From the NCBI GenBank assembly GCA_010093605.1, contig MU004191.1, positions 1,100,816 through 1,164,815 of the forward strand: a stretch of DNA of 64,000 bases. The letters are read 5' to 3'. Both the position numbers and the translations under genes were made by a program. This stretch comes from Lophium mytilinum (taxonomy: Eukaryota). Shown here in pieces: positions 1-13,440 of this stretch (its first letter is position 1; the number at the start of each line of letters is the position of its first letter). The notes under the pieces were generated by a model, which was given only the letters and a program-made list of their open reading frames with translations, did no database searches and had not been told where the DNA came from.

Positions 1-469
1 CCCAATGCCCGCCCGCGTGTCTGCAATGAAAAACACACATCCTCCGCACGCCGCGCCGTCCCGTCGAGAGGGCCTTGAAACCCTCCACCAAAACACCAAA
101 GCCCATCCTTCCCACTCCACTCCACAAAAACAAGCAAGGTAAGAAAATGTGACAATGTTTCTCTCGGGTTTCCGTCGCCAAAATCTCGGGATCCCGACAT
201 GGCCCCCGAACGATGCCCCGGTTTGATGTCAGTATGCCAGGCATTGCAATTTCGGTCTGTGGGGTATCTGCGCGACTGAAAACAGTAACATCTTGCGAAC
301 GTTTCTCTCGTGGGTTCTCGCTCTCTCTTCACCGCTTGCGGCCCCATTCGCTAGAAACTTTGACACGATTAGTATCGAGCTTCATCTACTGTCTTTTGCA
401 AACCTGGACTAACTGCTATGGGAGCGCAATAACAGCTAAATTATCTGTTAGCAGCCGTGTTGCAAAGAG

Positions 470-3400
470 CTACTCTGCTGTGTCACTCACTCTGTCAACA
501 GGATCCTGCTGGTCCGCTGCCAGTAAAGACGGGCTCTCTGCCGGAGCACCTCGCTCCGTATATCCCCTCGGTTCGATCTGCGGCCGGCGCGGGGTGTTCC
601 CGGTCGACGGCGTGCTTGGATTTATATTGACCTCTGGGCCCATGTGGTCAATCGCATTTCTATTCTGGATGGCGTTGTGTTGTTGCTCTAGGAGAGCACC
701 GCCAAGGGTCGCACATCGAAGGATGGTCTGAATGAGTTGATTTTGTTTCAGTGGTTTGGAAAGATAGTCCTGAGCTTGATTAGTATCGATGTTGTCCCTT
801 AACCAAGATGGGTATAACTTACATCCATCTGTGCCGCAAGACATTTCTCACGATCACCAACCATGGCGTGTGCAGTCAATGCTATGACTGGAGTTGGGGA
901 TAGACCGCTCTCACGTTCCCATTCTCTGATCTTGGCTGTTGCTTCAAAGCCGCCCATGACAGGCATCTGCACGTCCATCAGAACGACGTCATATCGTTTC
1001 CTTTGAATATGCTGGAACGCTTCCAAGCCGTTGTTTGCCACAGTCACCGTGTGGTGGTACTTCTCTAAAATCTTCACAGCCAAGCGCTGATTGACCGCAT
1101 TGTCTTCCGCCAGCAGGATGTTGAATGACTTCGAGTGGTCGGATATAGATGGTGCAGCGCGGCCGTCAAGTGCTGGAATAAGCGCATTGCCTAGATCGAT
1201 TGGTAGACAAGGGGTAGTCATGTAGCTGGAAATGCCGTCCTCCAATGCAGATTTAAGACTGATCGATACGCGAGGCGTCACCATGACTAGAGGGATATAC
1301 TTAAATCTTTCAGCCGCACGTAGCTGTCTGGCAGTGATGTCGCAGTCAACAATAACGCAGTCATAAGCGACACCGGATGGCGTCTTCATGTCCATCATAG
1401 GAACATCTTCGGCCCTGTTGACGACATGCGGGATAAGATTCAAGGCTTTGAGGTGACTGACTACCTCGTCTCCACATCCAGTGTTGCCTTGGTCAACGAA
1501 AAGGACAGTGTGCTTGCTGTAGGGATTGAGCTGAGGTTGTATGGCAATCAGATCTGAGCTTCCAAGGCGGACCTTGCAGGTGAAATAGAACGTGCTGCCC
1601 CTGCCATAGTCGGAGGTAACCCACATATCACCACCCATGAGGGTCACCAGGCGTCTAGAAATGGATAGTCCAAGACCGGTTCCACCGAACTTTCGAGTGG
1701 TCGATCCATCGGCTTGCTGGAATGTGTCGAAGATAAGATTGAGCTTATCTCCTCGGATGCCAATACCTGTATCAGATACGGCAAACATGAACATATACTG
1801 ATCGGCGCCGCATGCAACCTGTGATGCCATAGAGATAGCAACCTTGACTTCGCCAGTCTCGGTGAATTTGATTGCGTTTCCAACGAGATTCAGAATAATC
1901 TGTCTCAACCTAAACGAGTCTCCCACGACGTAGTCAGGAACAGTGCTGTCAACTTCGTAGGCGAGGTTAAGTTTCCGCTCGTTCGCTCTTGAAGCCAAAG
2001 ACTTTAGGGCATTGAAGATAGTTCCACGCAGTGAGAACGGAATTTCTTCCATCACCATCCGATTAGCCTCGATCTTGCTGATATCGAGGATGTCGTCAAT
2101 GATGGTGAGGAGCTGGCCTGCAAGATTGTGTACGATGGTAAGCATCTCGCGCTGCGCGTGCGTGAGGTCGGTATCCAAGGTAAGCTGTGTCATGCCAATG
2201 ATCCCGTTCATGGGCGTTCGAATCTCGTGACTCATGTTTGCGAGGAACTCGGATTTCGTCTTGTTGGCCAACTCGGCAGCTTCCCTCGCGGCGGTGTTCC
2301 TCTGGATACTTTCTCGCAGACTGGACACCATCTGATTGATTTTCCTCTTGAGCTCGTCCATTTCTCCAGATGCTTCCACAGTGATTTGGGTAAATTTACC
2401 CTCCATAGCGGCATTGGTGATGTCGCCAAAAGCGCGAACCTGAGAGGTAAGATTCTGCGCCATGGTGTTGACATCAGTCGTAATCTCTTTCCAGCGGCCG
2501 TCAATGTCTCGTACATCGGCCTGCCCGCCCATCTTTCCATCCACACCCACATCTCGGGCCACACGCTTCACGGCCAACGACCAATCGTCCAGACGCGTAA
2601 CCATGTCGTTAATGGTATCTTTCAGCAAGCGTATTTCTCCTTCTGCGTCCACGTGTACACGTCGCGTCATATCTCCCTTGGCGATAGCTTGTGTGACCTC
2701 AGAGATACTCCGTACCTGAAGTGTGAGATTTTGCGCCATAGTGTTGACGTTGTCAGTCAAATCTTTCCACTTGCCTTCAACGTTTTCGACTTGTGCTTGG
2801 CCCCCAAGGATACCATCAGTGCCCACCTCTCGGGCAACCTTGCTGACTTCTTGGGCAAACGTGTTGAGACGGTCCACCATAGTATTGATGGTGATCTTCA
2901 GGGACAGAATCTCTCCTTGAACTTCTGCCTTGACTTTCTTGCTAAGATCGCCCCTTGCCACGGCTGTTGTGACCTCGGCAATCTCTCGCACTTGGGTGGT
3001 AAGATTCATGGCCATGCCATTGACGTTCTCTGTCAAATCTTTCCAAGTGCCTTCAACTCCATGCACTGTAGCTTGCCCACCAAGCCGACCTTCCGAACCG
3101 ACCTCGCGGGCGATTTTCGTGACTTCGTGGGCGAATTGTTGAAGTTGATCAACCATGGAGTTGATTGTTTTCTTGAGTTCCAGGATCTCGCCTTTACACT
3201 CCGCTTCCACTTTCCGTGTTAGATTACCTTGCGCGACAGCCGTAGTAACCTGAGCAATGTCTCGCACTTGCGTGGTCAGATTGGACGCCATAGCGTTCAC
3301 GTTGACGGTCAGATCGTTCCACATGCCCTTCACGCCCTCGATTTGGGCTTGTCCGCCGAGGACACCCTCCGTTCCGACGTCGCGGGCTACTCTTGTAACT

Positions 3401-4522
3401 TCTGTCGCGAAAGATCGCAGTTGGTCCACCATGGTGTTTATCGTTTGTTGGAGTTGTAGAATCTCGCCGCGTGCAGGTCTTTCAATTTTACGGCTCAGAT
3501 CTCCGTGAGCTACAGCAGTAGTTACGACGGCGATCTCGCGCACTTGCTCGGTCAGATTTTTTGCCATGACGTTCACTGCAACCCATTAGCTTGAAATTGG
3601 TTCAACATGGTGCTAAGACCTTACCGCTATCAGTCAATTCGGCCCAGATACCATCCACACCGGGAAGATTGGCCTGGCCACCAAGACGACCCTCGGTACC
3701 GACTTCTTTGGCGAGGAACGTAACTTGGCTGGCGAAGTCTTGGAGCTGGTCTACCATTTTGTTGATGGTGCGTTTGAATGTAGTAATTTCGGGGTCCATT
3801 TCCTTGGCGTGTATCAAAACCTTTTTGCTCAGGTCGCCATTGGCGACGGCCGTGACGATGTTACCAATTTCTCGGAGAGCCTTCTGGAAAGCGAGATTGG
3901 CTTGCTGGTGCTTGCCTAGCTCCCGCTTGAGAGCGCCAATGTCTTCGATGCCATGTCCAAATGCAATGTCCTGGTTCTTCAGCTGCTTGTTCACCTCCTG
4001 GCTGAGGTTGTCGATGTGGTCGCGCTGGTTCTTGATCTGGTCGGCCTGCTTGTTGAGGTGGTCTCGGAGGTAGCCGAGCTGCTCCTCGGTGAGCGCTGCC
4101 GTGGCCGTTTGCGACTCGCCATTGCTTGACTCCTTCGCCGACAGCCAGTTGGTGACCCAGCTGGCACGCTGCTCCTTGAGCGAGCCCGATATCCGTCGTG
4201 CTATGGGCCCTGAATTCCGAGACGTGGGCGTCGGCCCTTCATTGAGGAAGGACGATGTGGTGGGCTCGCCAGGGGTTATGGGAAAGTTGCGGTTGTTGAC
4301 CGTCGAGGCCTTGGCTTCGAGGTACTGGATGCGGGCGGCGAGCGCGGTGAGCTCGCGTTCGAGGGCGCCTTTGTCGGCCGAGTCGGGGCCGGGCAGCGAG
4401 ATGCTCGCCTTGGAGCCGTTGGCGGCTATCTGGCCGGGGAAGGATGCATCGACTACAGGATCGTGCTGCTTGGCGAGGTTCGAGATGATGTCGACCAGGG
4501 CCGAGGAGCTGTCGAGAGACAT
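470..4522 (-). CDS. NIK1: Group III hybrid histidine kinase (poly-HAMP, HisKA, HATPase, receiver), osmosensor and dicarboximide/phenylpyrrole target
   Basis: Five ~92-aa GGQA HAMP repeats plus a truncated sixth; H-box [17 protein letters not shown]-box [11 protein letters not shown] boxes DTGIGI and GGTGLGL, receiver [10 protein letters not shown]...DYLSKP. Exons 4522-3625, 3575-823, 769-470; GT-AG introns 3576-3624 and 770-822 join the ORFs in frame. Confidence 0.97.
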
Positions 4523-6465
4523 CGCGGCGCGGAGAGGGCTGCGAGCTCTATGCGGGCATTGGTGAGAAAAGGAGTGTAGTGCCGGCTGTGAGGTATGTCT
4601 AGTTCTATAGGCGGTGACGGACGGGAACGCGACACTGACAGCGCAGACAACTGAAGTCTGCGGATGGTGGGGAGGAGGCTGCGGGCTCGTTGCAAGGGAT
4701 CGTGGTGTCCAAGGTTCCCCCGCTGACTGACCGCTCGATGGTTACAAAGTTGGCACGGCGGCAACTTGCGCGGAACGGGTCGACTCGGACGACACGAGGC
4801 GCGGGACTGGCAGCAACGGGGCGGCAAAGTCTTCACGATGTGCTGGTGCAGAGGTAGAGAGTGCGGGTGCGAGGCAGAGAAGGGGTGAGGGCAACGGCAG
4901 CCCGTCTGGATAGGGCGATCGGCGATAAATTCACATCCATTACTAGCAAAGCGCCCGTCCACGGCACCGCTTGGCCATGCAAGCCGGTGGCGCTCTGGGG
5001 CTGGCGATGAGCGGAGAGGCGCCGTTGGCCTTTGTTGCTGCCCCCGCCGCTGCTGCGTATAAAGACGCGTCAAAGGCGTCCGAGGAGCCTAAATAGCATC
5101 TTCTTTATGCCCTGCCCTGCCCTTCACCACCGCTGTCCGGGAGGAGGCTGCGCGTGAGGGCGGGTTCCACGCCTCAGTGGCCCAACAGTGCCATCTCCAC
5201 ACCCGTCACACCAATTGCGACAGCCGATGACGTCGGTCCGTGCCAGGCCGGCCCGTGGAGAGCTCAACACGGCATCCGGCCTCTTGATATCAGAAAGCCC
5301 ATTTCAGGAGTATGCACAAGTTACAGCCTGCACGCCGCCCCTGGCCCCAGCCGTACCCGCGGTGCTGCTGGCAGCCGTTGTGCGCTGCAGGCGGCCTCCG
5401 CTGCATCTTCTCGTCCAGCTGCAGCGTGGCTGCATGACGGCGCCAAGCAGTGATGTGCTCGTGTATGAAAATGAGGCCCCGTGCGAGTGATTCAGAGGGG
5501 GGCGGCAGGCGGGGCGTCGGGCTGGGAGTGGTGAATCGCGCCCGAATCAACGCAGTCGGGGCATGCCTCATCTCCTGCAGTGCGGATCGAACAGCCGCGA
5601 GTGTTTCGACCATCCGATGTTTCGGCTGTGGTGAAAGGAGAGGTCAGCGTGGTGGTACGGTTTTAAGATGCCGTGCCGATTTCACCCCCACATGGCTTAG
5701 CGCCGTATCGCTGGAAAGGCTCAGGGTCTTTTTAGTGGAACTTAGCACGCTTAGTGAACCCATCGCCTGGCCTGCTGACGCGGGGCTCCCTCGAGGAATG
5801 CCGCTGCAGGAAGGCTTGAACTATTTAATATTGCGACAGCGCTATTCGCTCTTGCGAGCCGACTATTCTGTCCTATACAGCCTCATTGCAGCACTGTTAT
5901 AGGCGACTTGGCATATCACCAGGGAGGGAGGTCGTCTGACCTGGGTGGGTGGGGGCATCCTCAACTCCACGCCATGCAGCGTAGACAGGTGGATACCGGA
6001 GTATGCCAACCACAGCGGGAGCTACTCCGACCTTCCTCCGTCGCCACGCTTACCTTTAGTTGCATGTTCAACCTTGGGACAGCGTTGCCCAGCGGTGTGG
6101 AACACGGCACTGTGACAACGCTGTGCGGCTCCGATCGACGGCTTGCCTCACGATACCAGGCCGATACCAGCCGTCAATCCCAGTATTGGGGTCACATCTA
6201 AGGCCGGTCGTCAAAGATATTGACCTACTGATAATCGAACAAGCTTTTCAGTGTATGGGTGGCAGCGGTGAGCTGTCTGGCATTCTAAGCTTCATTATGT
6301 GAACTTCCGATGTATGACAGGGGGACAAGTGTTTAGCGATAACGAGTGCTAGATTTGGAAATACATCCTCATCATTATAGATATGAGAGCTACACGATGT
6401 TGGGGGTGTAATGTGATCCATATTTTCTAGCCCATAGGCCCTTCATCTCAACGTCACTGTATGCT

Positions 6466-6503
6466 TAGGCAAGGCGTAGGCAAGACGTAGGCAAGACGTA
6501 GGC
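6466..6503. repeat. 11-bp tandem repeat (TAGGCAAGRCG) x~3.5
   Basis: taggcaaggcg taggcaagacg taggcaagacg taggc read directly. Confidence 0.85.
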
Positions 6504-7210
6504 TCTCCAGGCGAGAACTGAACAGAAACGAGAGGATGAGCAAGATGGTTGCGAGTTAGAAGATCAGACGGCTGAGGGGGTGGAGTACGATCATACAGTC
6601 AGGAAAACAGCGATGCTCAGGCGTTAAGAGACGGGTAAAGCTCTACAAGAACCATTGCAGATAAACGTCTATTGGAAGGTTGTGTAAACGGCTTAAAAAA
6701 CGTCTGGTACGTACAAGAAGATTATCGATAGCTTGCTTATACGTCCAGCCTCCGTACACTATAACCCATCGCCCAATGTGGCCTAACAAGGTGCAAGGTC
6801 TATTGAAAAGTTAGCCTTTCTCTCTCACTCGGTGCCTCGGAAACAACTTGAAGTACTTCAAGCGGCTCCGAAGCCGTGACAAAGAACATGCTGATCTGGG
6901 TAAGGAAGGCCCGAGACTCGCTTTCGGCTGACTGATAGGAAGAACTCTGGAAGTAGGAGGTATTGCAAGGGAGACATACGAAAAGAACTGATGTCAACGG
7001 CGAGGAGTAGCTATCCAACTCTCCAGTAAGGGGTATTATTTCTATAATTTTACGCCACGTAGGTCCCAACATATAACAACCGTCGAGGGAGTCAACTACG
7101 TTTGTTTTCCGATCCCACCTTACGCTTGGGTGCAGAATCGATCATCGTGATAGCTCAGCGGCACAGAGCATAGGCATCGTCCAGCAATACCCAGTCTCAC
7201 CTCAACCTCC

Positions 7211-8886
7211 TCATTTCCTAACCTTCTTTGCGTGCATCACCAAGTTCTCAATAACTCCTTCGAAGGCCTCCTTATCGCCCAGTGCGCTCTCCAAGCGCTT
7301 CGTCCAGTAAGCAACCACCTCTATGCCTGTTCCCTTCAGTTCGGTCAGGAGCTGAACGTGGCTTCGCAATTCGTCGTCGGTGAAATTGGTGAGAGCCGCC
7401 TCCGTGGTTGAGCACAGCATTGTCGTAGAGCTGATATCCAGCTCCGGCGGTGGCGGGGGCCCTCTTCGCTTCCGTTCGGCCTTTGATGCTGACGAGTCCA
7501 CCGACGCAGAGGAAGCATTGCCTTGCTTCAGTCGTGTTATGGCACCGTTTGACCGTTCATCCGAGGACGGGCGGGGGGATCGGTCTCCTGGAATGTTGAT
7601 TGACGGTAGAATAAGCTTCTTCTGTTTGCTGGCGGGTAATATCTCGTCCAAATCGACTGGAACTCCTAAAGATACTAGGAAAAGTCGTCTTATACGTGAT
7701 CGTACCCAGTTTGGGGGCTGTAAAGGTGGCGGGGCTACCAATTGAGACCAGAGAGAAAGGCTTCGTTCGGAGAGAATGTTCGAGCTTACACCTTCCATTG
7801 ATATGATTGGCGTGTCATTTGGCAATGGAAACAGTGTTTCGACGTATGGCCGTGTAGCACTAGTGACTTGATTGAGCGATAGGAGATCAGTGAAATCAAG
7901 AACGGGCTGTAGGACATGAAGTTAGTAGCTGGTTGATATCACGCGAGTGGCACTTGCGGAAGCATGATGTTTTGTAATCAAATAACTCGAAACTTACAGG
8001 ACCCGGTAAAGAGACAGGTATAGAAGGTTGAGGAGGGGCTTCTCGAAACGAAGGTTGTGTGTGCTCCTCCCCCTGTTGAAACCCGTCGTCAAAGTCCCCA
8101 AAGTCGTCCCCACTACCGCCTTCTTCGAAATCGTCAAAGTCATCACCGAATTCGCCAGTGTCCTCTCCGTCACCGTCGCTCAGGTGGTCATCGCTATGCT
8201 CGTTCTTCGACGCAGCAGGCCCATCTGGCAATTCGGGCTCGTATACTTCGTGTGCGCTTAGGATTGGGGATCTGTTCGAGGAAGTTGGCGACCCTTGCTC
8301 TGTCAATCGCATTGAAGCAGGAATAAGAAATAGTTGATGCGTACCTTCAGCACTCCTCTCTGGTGGTTGGGGGACTTTCAGAATCACATCGGGAACAGCA
8401 TCTGCTGCACGAACCTGATGGGCAACAGTTCCAGGGACCTCCCCATGAGCTGGTGCATCATCGATCTTCTCGACCACCGTCTTTGGCACCGGTGAGCCCC
8501 CCGGGGTGACAGGCCGATCTTCTGCCCGAAGCCTCGAGGCGCTGCGGCTTCGGGTCCCATCTGGCACTATCTCCAGCTCATCTGGTACTGCATCCTGAGC
8601 CCTCTTCTGGTATGCGTCTGTACCGGGCACTTCGCCATAACTTGGCTCGTCATCGACTCGCTCGACTCGGGTCATGGGGATAGGGGACGTGGCATTGGAT
8701 CGGTCGCCGCCCTGGAGAGCCTTTCGGCCTTCTGAGGCATCTGAGAAATGTTCATCGCTTGACGATTCCACTGTGAAGTGTTGTCAGCTCGATATCGAAA
8801 GCAGTAGTCAAGGCGGGCAGACCTAGCTCGTGTGCACCGGGATCCTCCAGTTCCACGCTCTTGCGGGGAGGGGTCAATTCGTCCAT
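7211..8886 (-). CDS. DUF5102 / YBL010C (Laa2)-like protein, probable AP-1 clathrin adaptor accessory factor
   Basis: ATG 8886 (MDELTPPRK...), intron 8771-8822 joins to ESSSDEHFSD; acidic DDFGDF motifs; conserved block SLWSQLVAPPPLQPPNWVRSRIRRLFLVSLGVPVDLDEILP. Further introns near 8293-8344 and 7908-7997. Family assignment from recall. Confidence 0.75.
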
Positions 8887-9514
8887 AAAGGGCGACAAGA
8901 AGAAAAGGCTAGAACAAGAGGGGGAATGCTTTCGAGGATGTTGTTATGTATACAGAGGCTGATTGCAAGGCAGAAAACAGAAGTAGAGAACGGAGGAGAT
9001 GCTGTGGAGGATTGATCGGATGTGTATGATTTGTAGAAGAGACAGCAAGTCAACCTTGTAACAATCTGGCAAGAAGTGCCCACTTGCAGTCGAAGAGGAA
9101 GAAGGCGCAGCACGTTGGACGAAGCACCACCTCAACGCTGTCATATCGATCGGCCTGGCTGTGTGCACGGGCGGTCTAGCCATTTGAAACTGCCATTGGG
9201 CGACTCCTGGCGTACCGTAGCTTGATACGGCGTACTTTACATAACATTTAGAAATAAACCCTAGCACTTGCGACCTCGACGCGATTCTCTACGTGACAGC
9301 GCGCGGTGAATGTCTACCGCCTCCCGCATTCCAATATAAATCCGCTTCGTGTCCGCTGCTTGCTCTTTTTCACCCCACTGAAACACCGCAGCAGCTTTAC
9401 TACTGCTCCTGTGGGTTGCCGCATTCCCGAGAATCCTCCATCCAAGACAAGAAGCTCATCAATAATACTGTAGACGCTCTCACCACCCACTACCCCCAGC
9501 ATCACTGGTGCACG

Positions 9515-11926
9515 ATGGCGGACCAGAAACCCAACTTCAGCTTCGGTAACAATGCCGTAAACAACAATGCAAAGCCCGCGTTCGGCGGTGCGCCTGGCGG
9601 TGGTCTGTTTGGGGGAGGCAACAATGCAAACGCCGGATCCGGCGCCTCGCCCTTCTCAATGGGAGGAAACAAACCTGCAGGCTCTCTATTTGGAGGAGCG
9701 GGCGCGCAAACTACTCCTAACACTGGAGGAGGCAGCATCTTCGGCGCCACGCCAACATCTGGGTCAAATCAACAGAAGCCATTGTTTGGCGCAGTTACAA
9801 ACAGTACACCAGGATCGGGCGCGTCGACTCCAAGTCTATTTGGCAGTGCAAATACGGGAAATTCCAGCTCCGGGGGAGGCTTCAGTTTCCAGAAACCAGC
9901 AACTACAAGCGCGGGCGGAGGAGGCTTGTTTGGCGGTGGAGCTACTACAGGTACACCAGCACAATCGCCTGCTGGGTTCGGATTTGGTAATTCTACAGGC
10001 AGCTCAGGCTTGAAGCCTCCGACGGCTTCAGCAGCCGCAGGCTCTACAACTCCCGCCCCGAACAAGCCCAGTCTCTTCGGTGCTCTTGGCTCCACCACAC
10101 CCGCAGGACCACCCCCAGGCGGCAATAAGGGTGGCTTGTTTGGTGCTCAAGCAGCCCAGGCGACTCCAGGCGCACAGAACAACCCACCTAGTCTATTCGG
10201 TAGCAAACCTTCCGCAGCCTCGTCTGCATCGACACCGAGCCTGTTTGGCGCAGCCGGAGCAGGCACAACGACCCCGTCGAATCTTTTTGGTGGAGGAGCC
10301 AACAAGCCAGCTCAACCATCTGGACTCTCGTCTGGATTTACGCTCGGTGGCAGCAAACCCGCTAGCCAAGCACCCTCAGGATTCGTTACTCCAGCTTCGG
10401 CTCCACAGACAACCCAGGGACAACAGCCAGGGACCACACCCCTAAACTTGTTCGGAGGCCAGACAGGCGGCGCACAAGGAACGCAACCGACTCCCAAAGG
10501 GCCTTTGTTCAACCTTGGCGGCGCTCCTACACCTGCATCATCAACTCCTGCCAGCACCCCGTCAACCTTCAGTCTCGGAGGCGCTACATCTCAGCCACCT
10601 GCCTCGCAACCTGCCACAACAAGCGCCGCCGCTCCCTCCGGCGGCTCTTTTTTCCTGGGAGGCGCCAAGCCTGCGCCTACTACTACATCCGCGTCCCCAA
10701 TGAGCAATATGTTTAACAAGCCGTCTGGCTCTGGTGCGGGCGCCGCAAATACGAGCACTGGAGCAGCACCCAGCAACCTTTTCGGTGCCCTGGGCCAGGG
10801 TGGAAATGCTCCCACTAGCCAGGCAGCGGGTACATCTGCCCCAGCAGCTTCAGGCGCGACGACAGCAGCCCCCAGTAATCTCTTTGGTGGTCTAGGAGGC
10901 TCAGCTGCTCCAGCTACTTCAGGCGCGGCAACGACAAGCGCCGCTGCTCCCAGCAATCTCTTTAGCACCCTAGGAGCCACTGGCGGAGCTACCACTTCGA
11001 CCGCGCAACCCGCCGCAACAACGGCCACTGCTGGTGGCCTAGGCGCCTCCACCACAGGTGCTGCGCTCGGCAGCTCCATCTCTGGCCCGGTGCCCACTGG
11101 CCAGTCCCGGCTCAAGAACAAGTCCATGGACGAGATCATCACGCGATGGGCATCCGACCTCTCCAAGTACCAGAAGGAGTTCCAGACCCAAGCAGAGCGC
11201 GTGGCGGCATGGGACCAGACGATTATGGAGAACACCAACAAGGTACACACTCTTTTTTGGGCGACACACGCCGCCGACAGGGACGCGGGAGAGATCGAGC
11301 GGCAGTTGACGAACGTGGAGAGTGCGCAGGATGAGCTGGGAGGCTGGCTAGATAAGTTTGAGCGGGAGATTGATGAGATGATGGAAGGGCAGGTGCGAGG
11401 TGGAAAGAACGACTTGCAGGGACCAGACTCGGAGCGGGAGAACACGTACGTTACTTTCCATTTGTGGCTGCGGAGACTGGAAGATGTGCAGGCTAATGCG
11501 GATACAGGTACAAACTCGCTGAGAAGCTCTCGGACCGCCTCAACGAGCTCAATAAGGATCTCACTGAGATGATCGAGGAGGTCAACGGCGTCTCGCAGAC
11601 GCTTAGCAAGACTAGCAAGCCTGACGATCCGGTAAGCTATCCCATTACACTAATTCCTTCTATCTATCATAGACTCTACTACACAGTATGTTAACATCAA
11701 ATCGCAGCTTTCTGCCGTCGTCAAGGTCCTGAACTCCCATCTTGCCCAACTTCAAGTCATCGACACGGGAGCCACAGAGCTACAGGCCAAGATCGCGGAT
11801 GCCCAGAAGGAGCAGCAGCGACTGGGCGGCGCGAGTGGCTGGTCTGGCCTCGGTTCGGACCCGGCGGAGGACTTCTATCGCAGCTTCCGGGGTGGACGGA
11901 CGGAGAGGTTCGGAGGTGTTAGTTGA
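9515..11926 (+). CDS. NSP1: FG-repeat nucleoporin Nsp1/Nup62
   Basis: Many SLFG/GLFG/FSFG repeats followed by Nsp1_C coiled coil (SRLKNKSMDEIITRWASDLSKYQKEF); introns 11446-11507 and 11632-11707; stop TGA 11924-11926. Confidence 0.95.
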
Positions 11927-12905
11927 AGCGGTGCGTCTTTTGGCGGATGGCAAGCATTGAAGCGGATTGAAGGTCGATGGTTCTGTCTGATCTTGCATAT
12001 CCCCGAGCTTGGACGGACCGAACTTGGTGGCTCAGGATTGTACGATAGGTAGGTAGGCTGAGCCAGATCAAAAATTACGGGCGTGTAGGGGCTTCATTTA
12101 TTGGTTACGGAAGAAGGATATCCTTCGTTCTACGATGCCTTCTCATAGACATCTGTACACTTCCTCGGCAATGCTTATGGTTCTTCATGGTACTTTCAGG
12201 CTTCAGGTTCGCGGCGATCTTTAGCATTGTGAATGACTGGTGAACCCGCGAGTTTACCCTACGCCCGTGTTGACAGGGTGTGCGGTGATGAGAAGCGTGT
12301 ATAATCGCCCCAGTTCTCTATTAACCAATCGAAGTCCTTCACATAGGAGGAAAGTGTGCGAATACCTGTTTGACGGATTGGGCACGTAGACTAGCGGTCG
12401 TCTTGTTACTTTATAGCAGCACGAAGATTACTCGAGTACCCAAGAGATCTGATAGCTAGGTCTGAACCCCGCGTCCACGGAATCCACATCAGGGCCAATG
12501 GATGATAGCAGACGACATCGAAGCATTTTGAGCTGTAGAAAATGAATGCACACCCTCACACCAAGCCACCTCAACTCGAACGAGCAATGATCATTCATAA
12601 GCCCCCAGAAACCCTCAAGCCCTCAAATCATATGCAAAAAAAGGAGTGACACGCAAGTCTCGCAGACATCGAATTAAACTCGCTGGAATTTTGTCAAGAG
12701 CTGTTGTGGAAAATACAATATACAGTTGATGTGCTTTGCTCGATCGACTCATCAAACGACTACTACCAAAACCCCTAGCTTGTTCTCCCCGCATCATTCG
12801 ACTGACTGGTCCGTTGCTGCTGTCTTTGTTTTGCACTGGCTAGCTAGCTGGATTTGCTTGTCATCGTCTGCTCACACACAATACAAGTCTACGCGTCTGA
12901 AGCGC

Positions 12906-13440
12906 TTACTTTTGCTCGCCCTGTCCGCCGGACTCCTTTGTCAGGTCCGCACTGTGGGAGGGAGTCAGTTTCGGGGTTTGTGCTTGTGGTTGTTGGGGGG
13001 TGGTTGCTGGGGAGCGTACATATGCTTGTCAAGCTCCTCGATGTGCTGCTTCTGGGCACGCAGCTTCTCGCGGATGGCCAAGAGCCTGTGTGCCGCCAAC
13101 GTTAGCTGGGGTTATTCTGCGGGAGGGTGGAATTGCGGAGGGGAGGAGTCGGCGTACTTGGCCTTCTCTTCTTCGTGGATGTAGTATTCCTCGGCAGAGC
13201 GTTCGCGCCGGGTGAAGGCATCACTAGAGCAGGGAAGCAACTGTTAACTTTGAATGCAGTGGAAATGGAAGAGCTACGAGGGGATTGGGGCATTGAAAGG
13301 GAGGAGACGCACCCAGCACGGTCGCCGCCAGGGCGAGAGGCACCTGAACCAGTTTCGCCGGCCATGACCCGCGGGGTGGTGGAGAGCAGCCGGCGGGGCA
13401 CGGCGATGCGAGCGGTCTTGATGAATTGTGTGCGGAGCAT
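12906..13440 (-). CDS. INH1: Mitochondrial F1Fo-ATPase inhibitor (IATP family, Inh1/Stf1-like)
   Basis: Arg-rich presequence MLRTQFIKTARIAVPRRLLST, then GETGSG...DAFTRRERSAEEYYIHEEEKAK..LLAIREKLRAQKQHIEELDKHI; three introns; ends ...GGQGEQK*. Confidence 0.88.

Noticed and set aside
2128..3222. 364-aa + strand ORF
   Set aside because: Antisense shadow of the Nik1 HAMP repeats, with no recognisable motifs of its own
9293..9514. N-terminal extension of Nsp1 in the ORF track
   Set aside because: Non-ATG start and UTR-like composition; ATG 9515 directly precedes the FG repeats
12285..12465. Possible C/D snoRNA (GTGATGA...CTGA) between NSP1 and INH1
   Set aside because: Longer than typical, with no terminal stem or rRNA-complementary guide I could recognise; an Rfam/snoscan search would settle it
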